Virus record (IMG/VR): IMGVR_UViG_3300022921_000002
Location: 62,001 to 126,000 of that record
DNA length: 64,000 nucleotides
Reading direction: 5' to 3' (one strand)
In this document: positions 26,015-35,130 of the stretch, one piece after another
Position numbering within the stretch: position 1 is the stretch's first letter
How the letters are laid out: each line of letters begins with the position of its first letter
Notes under the pieces: generated by a model
The model's input: only the letters and a program-made list of their open reading frames with translations
Database searches by the model: none
Told to the model about the DNA's origin: nothing
Program-made: the position numbers and the translations under genes

Positions 26015-26322
26015 TTTTTAAACCTATCATCAGTATCAATTGGATCAGACTCAATTGTTGTCATAACAAGAATCATCATTTGAGTTAAGGCATGAGACAA
26101 ATGTGGCAAACCTGATTCAGGATCTTGATCTTCACCTGACATATATGCTAACAAATGACGCTGAATAGATGAGTAATGACGAGAGACAGGAAACTTTTCA
26201 ATGTCTTGTCGCCAATTGTTTTCACCGTACTTTTCAGCACCAAAACCAAATACCTTTGCTGCTTCGATAATAGCTTCAGGTGGAACTAAATGGATTTTGG
26301 GTTTGTCATTATCATACTTCAT
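26011..26322 (-). CDS. DUF5664 dATP/dGTP diphosphohydrolase-like protein
   Basis: KYDNDKP, GAEKYGENNW, RHL, DPESGLPHLSHA. Confidence 0.88.
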   Translation of the reverse strand: MKYDNDKPKIHLVPPEAIIEAAKVFGFGAEKYGENNWRQDIEKFPVSRHYSSIQRHLLAYMSGEDQDPESGLPHLSHALTQMMILVMTTIESDPIDTDDRFKK

Positions 26323-26842
26323 TACGAGAGCCTCTGCCTTTTATTTGAGAATTGAGTAGTGGCTGATAATGGTCAATAGATGCATCTTCAATTAATGGAG
26401 CAATCTTTAAGTCATAATCAGCGGTGTTAATGTATTTTATCACAACATCCATAGTTTGTAAACCATTTTCTTTTAGATATTGTCTATATTTTCTACCTGT
26501 TACTTCATGGTGTGAGTCAGGTTTAGTAAACGAACTGCGGTGATTGCCTATCCGTGCATGGATTGAAGAAGTCTTACCATCCGTTTTGCCAATATAAAGT
26601 ATTTTACCTGTGGATTTTTCTTGCCACATATAAACACCTTTATGTTCAAATGCAGCTATGCGCCTACCGTGATTACAGCGACGCAATGGAGTTACAATAT
26701 CAGCTTTATATTCTGTCTTATAACCATGCTCTATGATTTGTAAACAGACTTCACCGTATTCTATGGCTTCCTCCCAATACTCTTCAATATTGGAAAGAAT
26801 TTTATCTTGCAGCAAAGCCGCAAGGTCATCAAGTTTTGACAT
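26312..26842 (-). CDS. GIY-YIG endonuclease
   Basis: GVY...LYIGKT, conserved R (HARIGNH), E (LIEDA) and N (PLLN). Confidence 0.8.
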   Translation of the reverse strand: MSKLDDLAALLQDKILSNIEEYWEEAIEYGEVCLQIIEHGYKTEYKADIVTPLRRCNHGRRIAAFEHKGVYMWQEKSTGKILYIGKTDGKTSSIHARIGNHRSSFTKPDSHHEVTGRKYRQYLKENGLQTMDVVIKYINTADYDLKIAPLIEDASIDHYQPLLNSQIKGRGSRNEV

Positions 26843-26854
26843 AACGTCAGTCCT

Positions 26855-27016
26855 TTATGATTTGTGGTTACGATCCTGTAACCCAATCTTTTTAGCACCT
26901 TTATTCCAGGCACCTGATTTACCACGCCATGTTTTGAAGCGTTTCTTTGACGGTTCACATTTTGTAATGGAACCGCCTTCAGAGACAAACTTTTTTACAA
27001 GATCTTTATAATCCAT
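26855..27016 (-). CDS. Small basic protein (53 aa)
   Basis: Manual translation MDYKDLVKKFVSEGGSITKCEPSKKRFKTWRG...; TAATG coupling. Confidence 0.55.
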   Translation of the reverse strand: MDYKDLVKKFVSEGGSITKCEPSKKRFKTWRGKSGAWNKGAKKIGLQDRNHKS

Positions 27017-27309
27017 TATGAATAATCCCGGATGTAAACGTCGTAATGAGTTGCATTTTCAGCAGGTGTGTCATAAGCCCAAGAATTTTTGCGAGGACCG
27101 CGAGGACGAATACGAAGTCCTTGTGTTTTTTGGTTAAAAATACAAAATCTGCGGGCACGTTTGATAAAACCGTTGCGTTCAACAAGTATTTTTTTAAGGT
27201 TTGCAATCTCAGGATCATCAAGAGATTTACAAGTAAAACGATAGTCAGAAGAAGAGCGGTTTTTGTAAGTTACATAAGCCATGATATAGTTCCTTTTCAT
27301 TTGATACAA
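27016..27309 (-). CDS. Early hypothetical protein
   Basis: First ORF downstream of the early promoter at 27312. Confidence 0.6.
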   Translation of the reverse strand: MYQMKRNYIMAYVTYKNRSSSDYRFTCKSLDDPEIANLKKILVERNGFIKRARRFCIFNQKTQGLRIRPRGPRKNSWAYDTPAENATHYDVYIRDYS

Positions 27310-27311
27310 TC

Positions 27312-27340
27312 AATATAACTGATTCTAAAGCATTTGTCAA
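27312..27340 (-). promoter_or_regulatory. Early promoter TTGACA-17-TATATT with TAGAATCAGT spacer (copy 1)
   Basis: Consensus boxes, 17-nt spacer, motif repeated five times in the window. Confidence 0.85.
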
Positions 27341-27354
27341 TAGTTAATTTGAAA

Positions 27355-27516
27355 TTAAATCAAATTAAGTAGACCTGCTGTACCTAAAAACAAAATTAAA
27401 CCTGTTAATGACCATGCCAATACTTCTAACTCAGCACCAACTTTTTTGTCATCCACAATATATGCACCAAACAGTCCACCTGCAATCATACCTGCTATAA
27501 TAAAAACTACTTCCAT
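27355..27516 (-). CDS. Small membrane protein (53 aa)
   Basis: Manual translation MEVVFIIAGMIAGGLFGAYIV...; SD AAGGAG. Confidence 0.5.
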   Translation of the reverse strand: MEVVFIIAGMIAGGLFGAYIVDDKKVGAELEVLAWSLTGLILFLGTAGLLNLI

Positions 27517-27519
27517 CGC

Positions 27520-27759
27520 TTACTCCTTAAGTTGGAATTTTGAACTAAATCCAACCGCGTCTTGTTTATATTCAAAAAAGAATGTATCTTCATATACATC
27601 TGTAAATTTTCGGTGCACCCATTGCTGTTTATGCAATTGCACTTTGCACCATTGAGTGGCTGCCCACCTATTATCCGAATGAATGGCAACGGCGTAAAAA
27701 TTACCGCTGCTCATCCATCGTTGTTTATGATCTGCTATTTCTTGTGGCGTCATACCCAT
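27520..27759 (-). CDS. Hypothetical protein
   Basis: 79-aa ORF in an early chain. Confidence 0.6.
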   Translation of the reverse strand: MGMTPQEIADHKQRWMSSGNFYAVAIHSDNRWAATQWCKVQLHKQQWVHRKFTDVYEDTFFFEYKQDAVGFSSKFQLKE

Positions 27760-28151
27760 TCCTTATATTCAACAATACCCAACAGATCTTCAATTAATTT
27801 CTTACCATATTTAGTAAACAAAATTCCTTGTTCCCATACAAAATGCTCAACATCTTGACTATGATAAAAGGTTTCTTGACCAGTAATCCAACTTAATGCT
27901 GTTTTACGGTCACCGGCACCAAGGCTGATAACATCTTGAACGCGTGCTTCAAACTTTGCAACATCTCGTTCTTCCTGAGATTTTGTTTCAGCCATTTGGA
28001 TATCAAGGGCACGGCAATACTCATCCCACGTTTTTTGTTTTTCCGCAGGTGTACAGTTATTCCAATCATCCCAATATGCACCACGAGGTCTATAACCATA
28101 AACTTCTTTGTGTAAATCTGAAATACAATCATCTGAATATGTATAAGTCAT
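27750..28151 (-). CDS. Early hypothetical protein
   Basis: Start reassigned to MTYTYSDD (SD AAAGGAG); the ORF-track start lies inside the promoter. Confidence 0.7.
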   Translation of the reverse strand: MTYTYSDDCISDLHKEVYGYRPRGAYWDDWNNCTPAEKQKTWDEYCRALDIQMAETKSQEERDVAKFEARVQDVISLGAGDRKTALSWITGQETFYHSQDVEHFVWEQGILFTKYGKKLIEDLLGIVEYKEWV

Positions 28152-28176
28152 TGTTTGCTCCTTTGTTGATGATTCC

Positions 28177-28205
28177 AATATAACTGATTCTAAACCAAAT
28201 GTCAA
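28177..28205 (-). promoter_or_regulatory. Early promoter with TAGAATCAGT spacer (copy 2)
   Basis: TTGACA-17-TATATT; a second GANTC at 28171-28175. Confidence 0.85.
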
Positions 28206-28236
28206 TAGGAAACATCATTTTTTAGTAGATAAATCT

Positions 28237-28265
28237 ATGATAACACAGCTATGATAGTCTGTCAA
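28237..28265 (-). promoter_or_regulatory. Tandem sigma70 promoter TTGACA-17-TATCAT
   Basis: Extended -10 TG present. Confidence 0.6.
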
Positions 28266-28292
28266 CAAAATAAATAAGACATGGAGGAGTAA

Positions 28293-28394
28293 ATGAAACT
28301 AAAGTATAGAATCAAGTTCTTTATGTCTAAATTAAAGTTTTGGAAAAAAGGAAGTTACGGTAAAGGTACGTTCATCTACGAAGATGATGATTAG
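28293..28394 (+). CDS. 33-aa basic peptide with acidic tail
   Basis: MKLKYRIKFFMSKLKFWKKGSYGKGTFIYEDDD; strong SD GGAGGAG; upstream AATAAATA late-like box. Confidence 0.55.
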   Translation: MKLKYRIKFFMSKLKFWKKGSYGKGTFIYEDDD

Positions 28395-28986
28395 GTTCAT
28401 AATTAAATGTTTTGATATCTCTTTCATACCAATCTCCTATATCATTTATAAGCTTAGGAGTCCAAAGATTAGGGTAATCGCCTGTGACATTATACTTTTC
28501 TTGTAGTTCAACGCTGAAATAGTTTTTTACATCTTTCTTTAAAGTCTCAGTTTTCATCACATGGCACATTATTTTCCCATCATCGTTAGTAATGTGGTCT
28601 AATTGATTATGCCAATGAAGATGTGGTCTGTGCCATGTGAACGGCATTTCTATAAGTCTGTGCCTATCTTCAATAAATGCCTCAAAGCTTGAAAGATCAG
28701 TACCATGAACCTCATAATCTCTTGTCTTTGCATGCCAATAGCGAGAAGCTGTTCTCTGCCATGGATTTCTTACAACAGCAAATGCTTCAAACTTATCTCT
28801 ATATTCTGGGTAAAGGTCTTTCCATCTACTATGCTCAGCTCCTGGATATCCAATAACTTTTAAGCCCTGAATATAATCATAGTCTTTTAATTTATCTACA
28901 GTGTTAATGATAATTTGAGACTTTAGTGCGTTGCAATATCTTATAGAGAACCCACCTGTCTTTGGAATATGAATAAAAATTTTCAT
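28372..28986 (-). CDS. Sulfotransferase (Sulfotransfer_2 family)
   Basis: PAPS-binding motifs FIHIPKTGG and VRNPWQR. Confidence 0.85.
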   Translation of the reverse strand: MKIFIHIPKTGGFSIRYCNALKSQIIINTVDKLKDYDYIQGLKVIGYPGAEHSRWKDLYPEYRDKFEAFAVVRNPWQRTASRYWHAKTRDYEVHGTDLSSFEAFIEDRHRLIEMPFTWHRPHLHWHNQLDHITNDDGKIMCHVMKTETLKKDVKNYFSVELQEKYNVTGDYPNLWTPKLINDIGDWYERDIKTFNYEPNHHLRR

Positions 28987-29438
28987 AATCTATATACTGC
29001 GTATGCATTTTCTCCGTGTTTAAATGTCATCCACTCAGTCATACGAATGAACCCAAACTCTTCAGCATGAGAAAATGTAGGCCTACGAGGTAAACACCAT
29101 AAAAACTCACAACCTTCTCTTCTTCCTTGGTCTGCCACAGCTTGCCACATTATTTGAGATAACTTTTGTCTTCTATAATCTTCATCTACCCACACTCCAC
29201 GTCCTCTATAATAAGTTTCTGAAGTCTTGTGTCCTGAGTTTGAAGCTATAAGTTTATCTCCGTCATACAAGCCCCAGTAGGTGGCTTTATATTTTGTAAA
29301 TATTTCTTTATTGTTTCCAAGTTCAGGAAAAGTCATATCAGAAATATAATAGTGCTCATTCCCAGGCCACAACTTGTCCCAGGCTTCTTTAATCTGTTCT
29401 TTGGTTATTTCTCTAAGCTGATAATTCTGCATAGTCAT
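28983..29438 (-). CDS. GNAT acetyltransferase
   Basis: RGVWVDEDYRRQKLS acetyl-CoA motif. Confidence 0.8.
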   Translation of the reverse strand: MTMQNYQLREITKEQIKEAWDKLWPGNEHYYISDMTFPELGNNKEIFTKYKATYWGLYDGDKLIASNSGHKTSETYYRGRGVWVDEDYRRQKLSQIMWQAVADQGRREGCEFLWCLPRRPTFSHAEEFGFIRMTEWMTFKHGENAYAVYRL

Positions 29439-29961
29439 TCAGTACATTTACTACAAGGTGTATTCTATCTTCTTTACTTGAATTGAAGGCAGTGTGCTTT
29501 AACATAGTATTGGTTAAATACCACGTGTCTTGTTTGAGATGCATAATCTCATCATCTATAACCATAAAGCATCCTTCCTGTGTTTTTACAGGATAGTGTA
29601 TTCTTATTTGAGAATCAGTATGCCATGATAAACAAGTAAACGGTAAAGATTTCATTAATCTGACTCTACCGATTTTATATCTTTCATTCAACATATTATA
29701 AACAGTTTCAAGTACGGTGCCACGGAACACTGAGCACACGGTGTTGAAATCTTGTTCCTTGAGTTCTGTTTCTCGCAATGGTACTATAGTCTGACCATTT
29801 TTATAAACCTTTTTTGACCAATCATATTTCAAACTACCACATGCCATCTTTGTGTTATCAGGTGCATCCGATGTAGTTGTAATACCGATCTGTGTTTGAC
29901 CATCCCATTCAATATGATCTAATGTAAATGGCGGTAATTCTAATTCAGTAAAATTTTTCAT
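29413..29961 (-). CDS. Aspartyl/asparaginyl beta-hydroxylase-like 2OG-Fe(II) oxygenase
   Basis: RVRLM, WHTD, RIHYP, HTAFN, RIHLV. Confidence 0.75.
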   Translation of the reverse strand: MKNFTELELPPFTLDHIEWDGQTQIGITTTSDAPDNTKMACGSLKYDWSKKVYKNGQTIVPLRETELKEQDFNTVCSVFRGTVLETVYNMLNERYKIGRVRLMKSLPFTCLSWHTDSQIRIHYPVKTQEGCFMVIDDEIMHLKQDTWYLTNTMLKHTAFNSSKEDRIHLVVNVLNDYAELSA

Positions 29962-30650
29962 GGTTCAATCACAAGAAAAGGATATTCTAATTCGTGTACG
30001 ATTTGAATAGTACCACCAAGATGGCCTAATACGAACGGTGGTCTATACATTGTCAAAAATGTTTGGCATGGAGTATTATTTGCTTGTATCTGATCTCGTA
30101 TCAATACATTGTTATCGGTAAGATAAGCTATGTTTGTATCGGTCTCATTCTCTAAGTTACGTATATCAATACTTGACCCATCTCTTTCAACACGTGCCTT
30201 ATAAAACCTATCAAGTAATTTTGTACTATTCGTTCCGATAAGACTGATGATGATTTTCTTATAGGTAAATGTTTCTTTCATCCACCGAACGGTTTGTTTG
30301 AACTCATTAAAATCTGTATGGGTAAATACACTAAACGCAAAAATAATATCTTGCTTTGTATTGATATTGGGAAACGGTTCGTCGAGATTACCAGTCTGAT
30401 TATAAACTTTATTATATTTGTTATAGTGAAAAAAGTTAGCATCAGGATAATTTTTTGCACCAACATCCAATGCACCTTTATCAACATCAACACAAGTATA
30501 GTTACTTTGTTTGATTGGAAAATTATCAAACGATAATAGGTTACCTTGATTGCCACCCCAATCTAAAAATGTTGTTGTACTTGATAAATCATCAACCTCT
30601 AAAAGGCTGTTAAGACTGATTACCGATTTTTCTACCGGGTATAAATCCAT
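29958..30650 (-). CDS. Class I SAM-dependent methyltransferase
   Basis: FLDWGGNQG, CVDVD, FSVFTH. Confidence 0.75.
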   Translation of the reverse strand: MDLYPVEKSVISLNSLLEVDDLSSTTTFLDWGGNQGNLLSFDNFPIKQSNYTCVDVDKGALDVGAKNYPDANFFHYNKYNKVYNQTGNLDEPFPNINTKQDIIFAFSVFTHTDFNEFKQTVRWMKETFTYKKIIISLIGTNSTKLLDRFYKARVERDGSSIDIRNLENETDTNIAYLTDNNVLIRDQIQANNTPCQTFLTMYRPPFVLGHLGGTIQIVHELEYPFLVIEP

Positions 30651-31344
30651 AATCCCAATCTCCCCATATTAATTTGCGTTCACCACAAGACCAACATACA
30701 CCACACGGTTTTTCTGTGTCAGGTATATTAGTACAGCATGACCTCGTTTCCTGCAACAAATCAAATAAATCAAATCTCCTGTAGATTGACGCAACAAACC
30801 TTTTATCAACATTTGCAAATGGAGAATAGTATGGATATCCAAATCTATCAATTGTAATAGGAATATCGTTTTCATTCCGTATACCAATCATTGGATCACA
30901 TTCTTTCCAAAGATTAATATGCGTACCATCTTTTAATTCAATGTCAACATCAAATCGAGGGTTAGCTGTATTACCGCCAATAAGCATATCATACTCACCA
31001 CGGCCAAACACTTCTTTTTGATATTTATGTAGGTGAGAGTCGTTATAATCATCACCGTAGACTGTATGGTGAGACAAGATGTTGTGGTAATCAAACTTGC
31101 TAATCATATATTCAATGATGTTGGCAGACCTTCGTGCCTGCCATCTATACCGCTTGTCAAAGGCTAGAGTAAGGCATCCAATCGTTGTATCGTGTCGGTT
31201 ATTTTCCGTTAAGTATTTGATTAGTAAATAAAAAACCAATGCCGAATCAGCACCACCGCTTAAATTAAAAAGTATTCTTTTACATTCTAACGGTATTTCA
31301 AAGCTTATAGATTGACCAAACTCATCCTCAAGATACATCATCAA
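30610..31344 (-). CDS. QueC-like PP-loop ATPase
   Basis: LSGGADS and TRSCC...PCGVCWSC Zn motif. Confidence 0.7.
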   Translation of the reverse strand: MMMYLEDEFGQSISFEIPLECKRILFNLSGGADSALVFYLLIKYLTENNRHDTTIGCLTLAFDKRYRWQARRSANIIEYMISKFDYHNILSHHTVYGDDYNDSHLHKYQKEVFGRGEYDMLIGGNTANPRFDVDIELKDGTHINLWKECDPMIGIRNENDIPITIDRFGYPYYSPFANVDKRFVASIYRRFDLFDLLQETRSCCTNIPDTEKPCGVCWSCGERKLIWGDWDYGFIPGRKIGNQS

Positions 31345-32161
31345 TCCACTTGTTTATCGCTGCACCGAGGTTTATTTGTCCTTTTGCATCAGGATGAGAG
31401 TCAAGTTCTGAAATTTTACTTTCTGCTGATATCCATTTACCACCAATCTCTTTCCATACAGGCCAACCATATACTTCAACAGGTTTGATCTTTTCAACTT
31501 TTGCAAATGCCTCGCCTGAGATTAATTCGTTTAAAATTGCCTTAGTTAAAAAACAATTCTCAACTCTTTCATCAATCATTAAGTTAAAAACTTTCCATTC
31601 CTTGGGGTGCTTTTGTCTAAAGTTATCGAGGTACCACCACCAGTAATCGGATGTAAACGGCCATATTGGGACATCAGATTGAAATATATTTAATTTAATA
31701 TTAAGTTTACGGCATAACATAATTACCTTCTCAATATAAAACAACGTGTTTTCTAATATAGGTATAGGTCCGTCGAGTGCTAATGGCAATGTATGTAAAC
31801 CCATTAAGTATTCAGCGCTTGAGTTATCTTTTCTGAATTTCTTTTCAGAATTAGATTCCATTGCAAACACCTCCCACCTTTTACAAGGCATTATTCTGCG
31901 CCTACCTAATTGCAATCTTGACCAATCGGTAAGTTGCCAACAAATGTGTGATGGAGGATCATCTGATAATACCGCGTCCATTATTTCAATATAAGCATAC
32001 TCATTTGAACTACCAGATCTACCTTTATTAACGGCAGGCAATCCCAAATGCTTTCCAACATATTCTGGCCATTTCGGCCATGAGCAATCAAGTTCTTCAT
32101 GCTGAAAAGAAAAGTAATTGTGGTCAGTCCAACTACATCCTACTGCAAGCAAATAACTCAT
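31328..32161 (-). CDS. SGNH/GDSL hydrolase-like protein
   Basis: GCSWT block I, GRSGSSN, DSHP block V. Confidence 0.65.
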   Translation of the reverse strand: MSYLLAVGCSWTDHNYFSFQHEELDCSWPKWPEYVGKHLGLPAVNKGRSGSSNEYAYIEIMDAVLSDDPPSHICWQLTDWSRLQLGRRRIMPCKRWEVFAMESNSEKKFRKDNSSAEYLMGLHTLPLALDGPIPILENTLFYIEKVIMLCRKLNIKLNIFQSDVPIWPFTSDYWWWYLDNFRQKHPKEWKVFNLMIDERVENCFLTKAILNELISGEAFAKVEKIKPVEVYGWPVWKEIGGKWISAESKISELDSHPDAKGQINLGAAINKWIDDVS

Positions 32162-33930
32162 TACATTATCAACCCAAAGTTTTTAGAAATAAAGTGTATG
32201 AATTGAAGTTCTTTAAACTTTATGTTTGTTTCTAACTCATGCTTTCTTTGTTTAAAATGGCGGTTGGTTGGATCATAGGCAGCCAGCTTAGTAGTATCGT
32301 GTTTGAAATGCCATTTCTCTTGTAGGCGCATTACAGGTACATTATTGATCTTAGTCTTATATGACATTATAGTTTCATTATCGTGTCCAAATGATCTACG
32401 GATCTCCTCAGTATACATTGAGAATTCCTTAACCTCATCCATTAAATCTAACAATTCATCAATGCCACCAAAATAATCAAGTTGTTCCATAATCTTTCGG
32501 CTTGACATCATAATCCCAGTATTGAATACCCAATTGTCACCATCAAGATCTTCCTCTGCCAACAATGCGTGCGCATTCCAATACTTTGCTTGGGGATTAC
32601 GGAAATCTTTATTATAATTTTTGAAATATAATGGATCTCTTACATTAACTCCTGCTTCATACGCGGTGTTTACATCACAACAAAATCCTTGTTCTGCTCT
32701 CAAATAATTAAACGCATCAAACTTATCAGCAAAATATACATCGTAATCAATATACAAAACTAAATCATAATCGTGAGTTAATTTATCAAGTAACCAAACT
32801 TTATATAGATTAATAATATTGTATTCTGTTAGTTGTGGAAATCTTGCCGCAAATGTTTCGTATTGCTCATCACGCCCAAACTGAATAAATTCTGCACCGC
32901 ATAGATCTGCATAATCTCGGTGGTTTTTATCTAACTTATCTTTAAATTCTGCAAGCCGTTGTTTAACACGGAGACTTTTCGGAACATCATCATCGGATGG
33001 ACCACGAGGATTGTCAAGACGTTCGTCAGGTATTTCAATATAAATTGAATAGATACATTTAGTTTTATCGTTAAAGAAATGATTGAACTTTTTATTAATA
33101 AAATGAGCAACCTTAATCTCATCCCAATCAACAGTTATAAGATCATCGGATACAATGTAATGCCATTCTCTATCCATCAAAACATACGGGATATTGAATT
33201 CTTCCATAATCCATGAAAACAATGATTCGTTGTTTGGATAATAATACATTCTCAAATAAGTACTATTAACACCCATAAGATTATCGTGCTTTATTTGATT
33301 AATCTTTTTTATGCCTTTTTTAATTCTTGCGATATACTTGATCTTTTTGATGTGTTCAGACTTGCCAACCATAATACCTGTATTCATCACATGGCAATCA
33401 AACTTATCATTAAGTAGATCTCTTGTGATATGGTATTTTAATGTTGGGTTACGCACGCCAATTTCTTGAAAGACAACTTCATTAATGTTTCTATTCAATA
33501 TCTTTTCATCTTGATCTTTAATATGAATGCCTTTACTCAAATCCAATTCATCAAACATATTCTCATCGGTATTGAATACCACATCCATATCAATATACAT
33601 TACTTCATCATATTCTTCAGCAAGTTTGGCAAATAAGTGATGTTTATATAAGTTAACCTTTGTAAACTCAACGTCGTGCTCGACAACAAAGTCTTTCATT
33701 GTGTTATGGAATAATTTAAATTCTACACCAATTTTATCGGCATAATCTTTTTTGTTGTCAATCAGTTTATCCCAATAATCTTTTTGCTGTTCGTGTGACC
33801 AATGATTAACATTCCATGCATCATCTTCACGACTAATATCATCCCAAACTGTAAATATAATTCGTTTCATATACCAATCACCATATATCTTTGATATTGA
33901 GCATTCTCCGGTGTAGTAAATCCTGACCAA
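32161..33930 (-). CDS. Tandem two-domain GT-A glycosyltransferase
   Basis: Two repeats: K..L...YIDMDV...MNTGIM and K..L...YIDYDV...FNTGIM. Confidence 0.75.
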   Translation of the reverse strand: MVRIYYTGECSISKIYGDWYMKRIIFTVWDDISREDDAWNVNHWSHEQQKDYWDKLIDNKKDYADKIGVEFKLFHNTMKDFVVEHDVEFTKVNLYKHHLFAKLAEEYDEVMYIDMDVVFNTDENMFDELDLSKGIHIKDQDEKILNRNINEVVFQEIGVRNPTLKYHITRDLLNDKFDCHVMNTGIMVGKSEHIKKIKYIARIKKGIKKINQIKHDNLMGVNSTYLRMYYYPNNESLFSWIMEEFNIPYVLMDREWHYIVSDDLITVDWDEIKVAHFINKKFNHFFNDKTKCIYSIYIEIPDERLDNPRGPSDDDVPKSLRVKQRLAEFKDKLDKNHRDYADLCGAEFIQFGRDEQYETFAARFPQLTEYNIINLYKVWLLDKLTHDYDLVLYIDYDVYFADKFDAFNYLRAEQGFCCDVNTAYEAGVNVRDPLYFKNYNKDFRNPQAKYWNAHALLAEEDLDGDNWVFNTGIMMSSRKIMEQLDYFGGIDELLDLMDEVKEFSMYTEEIRRSFGHDNETIMSYKTKINNVPVMRLQEKWHFKHDTTKLAAYDPTNRHFKQRKHELETNIKFKELQFIHFISKNFGLIM

Positions 33931-34538
33931 AATACTCTTGTTAAACCCAATGATTTTTCAAATTCTTCAATACTGTTATGAGTATTAATGTGCTCAGCTT
34001 CATTATGAAAGTTATTACTTTGAAAGCATACAATGCAATTTGGTTTCTTAAGGCGGATAATCATTTCAATATCCTCCTGTTCCATATGCTCACAACTTGT
34101 ATTAATAATGAGTTGAAAATTTTCTGCGCGTTCAATAAAATAATCTATTGCATCATCATGCTTCCAATGAATATTTTGGCAATGCTCAATATCTTTGTGT
34201 AGCATAGGACCGTATATTTCACATTGGTAATCTGAATCAACATTCCATACCGCAACATCATTATCGAGATGTTCTTTCATTAATAATCCGGCAATACCAT
34301 ACCATGCACCCATAACTAAAACGTGCTCAATCGGCCCGTCTCGTAGAAAGGTTTCATCGTTTACAAATTCTTTGAGGTTTTCAACCAGCCATTGCTTACT
34401 TGTTGTTTGGCTAGGATTAACGGCAGTCATAATATCGAGTGAACGGTATAAATCTACATTAGGATTATACTTTGACTCAACATATATTTCTTCAATTATT
34501 TTAAGAGCATTTTTATAAAGTGTTTCTAGGTAATTCAT
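33867..34538 (-). CDS. SAM-dependent methyltransferase-like protein
   Basis: SKQWL, VLVMGAWYG, VDSD, INTSCEHM. Confidence 0.65.
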   Translation of the reverse strand: MNYLETLYKNALKIIEEIYVESKYNPNVDLYRSLDIMTAVNPSQTTSKQWLVENLKEFVNDETFLRDGPIEHVLVMGAWYGIAGLLMKEHLDNDVAVWNVDSDYQCEIYGPMLHKDIEHCQNIHWKHDDAIDYFIERAENFQLIINTSCEHMEQEDIEMIIRLKKPNCIVCFQSNNFHNEAEHINTHNSIEEFEKSLGLTRVFWSGFTTPENAQYQRYMVIGI

Positions 34539-35130
34539 ATTTCATTCCATTATACATATCAATTGGTGCAGTGCCATTATAAGGATTGGCAATTGAGTTT
34601 ACTAATCCGTGTTCAAACGTATTAAATTCAATACCTTCATGGACAAGAAAACGATCTATACCTGCGTACTTTCTCATAAAGTAATCTTTATTTGACATAA
34701 AGTGATCCCAGATATGATTCTGTTCACCAGCAGTCCATGTGATTACTGAACTATTTATGTGAACATCATAAGCATGAGGTGCCATGTATAAATCGTCTTT
34801 CCAATAATCTTTAATGATTGTTAACCCATCCCAATTCAACCATGGGCGCGGATCAGCTTTAATATCCATGTCTAAATCAAAGAATAAACATTTACCTCTG
34901 ACTGGAAAATCTTTACTAAACATTGCAAGTTTATTCCACCAAAATCTAAGTGATGGTTTTTTGAAACATGGAATACACTCAATCTCAACATTCAACGGAT
35001 TATCAGTATAGCACAAGTATTGAGAATTAGGATAGTATTCTCGTAGCTGATCTCTCAATCTGTTAACGTGTTCAGGGTCGTACTTGTCACCATGTTTCAC
35101 AAATATAATATTATCGGTCATTAATTGCAT
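34513..35130 (-). CDS. GT8-like glycosyltransferase
   Basis: KHGDKY, WWNKL, FFDLD, INSSV. Confidence 0.75.
   Translation of the reverse strand: MQLMTDNIIFVKHGDKYDPEHVNRLRDQLREYYPNSQYLCYTDNPLNVEIECIPCFKKPSLRFWWNKLAMFSKDFPVRGKCLFFDLDMDIKADPRPWLNWDGLTIIKDYWKDDLYMAPHAYDVHINSSVITWTAGEQNHIWDHFMSNKDYFMRKYAGIDRFLVHEGIEFNTFEHGLVNSIANPYNGTAPIDMYNGMKYELPRNTL

Noticed and set aside
26761-26988. 75-aa minus-strand ORF in the track
   Set aside because: It overlaps the GIY-YIG gene. A better-coupled 53-aa ORF (26855..27016) occupies the interval in another frame.
26011-31344. 7-deazaguanine or Z-base DNA modification (DUF5664 plus QueC-like)
   Set aside because: No folE, queD, queE, dpdA or purZ is in the window, and the QueC-like gene lies in a separate late glycan cluster. 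It cannot be excluded for the rest of the genome.
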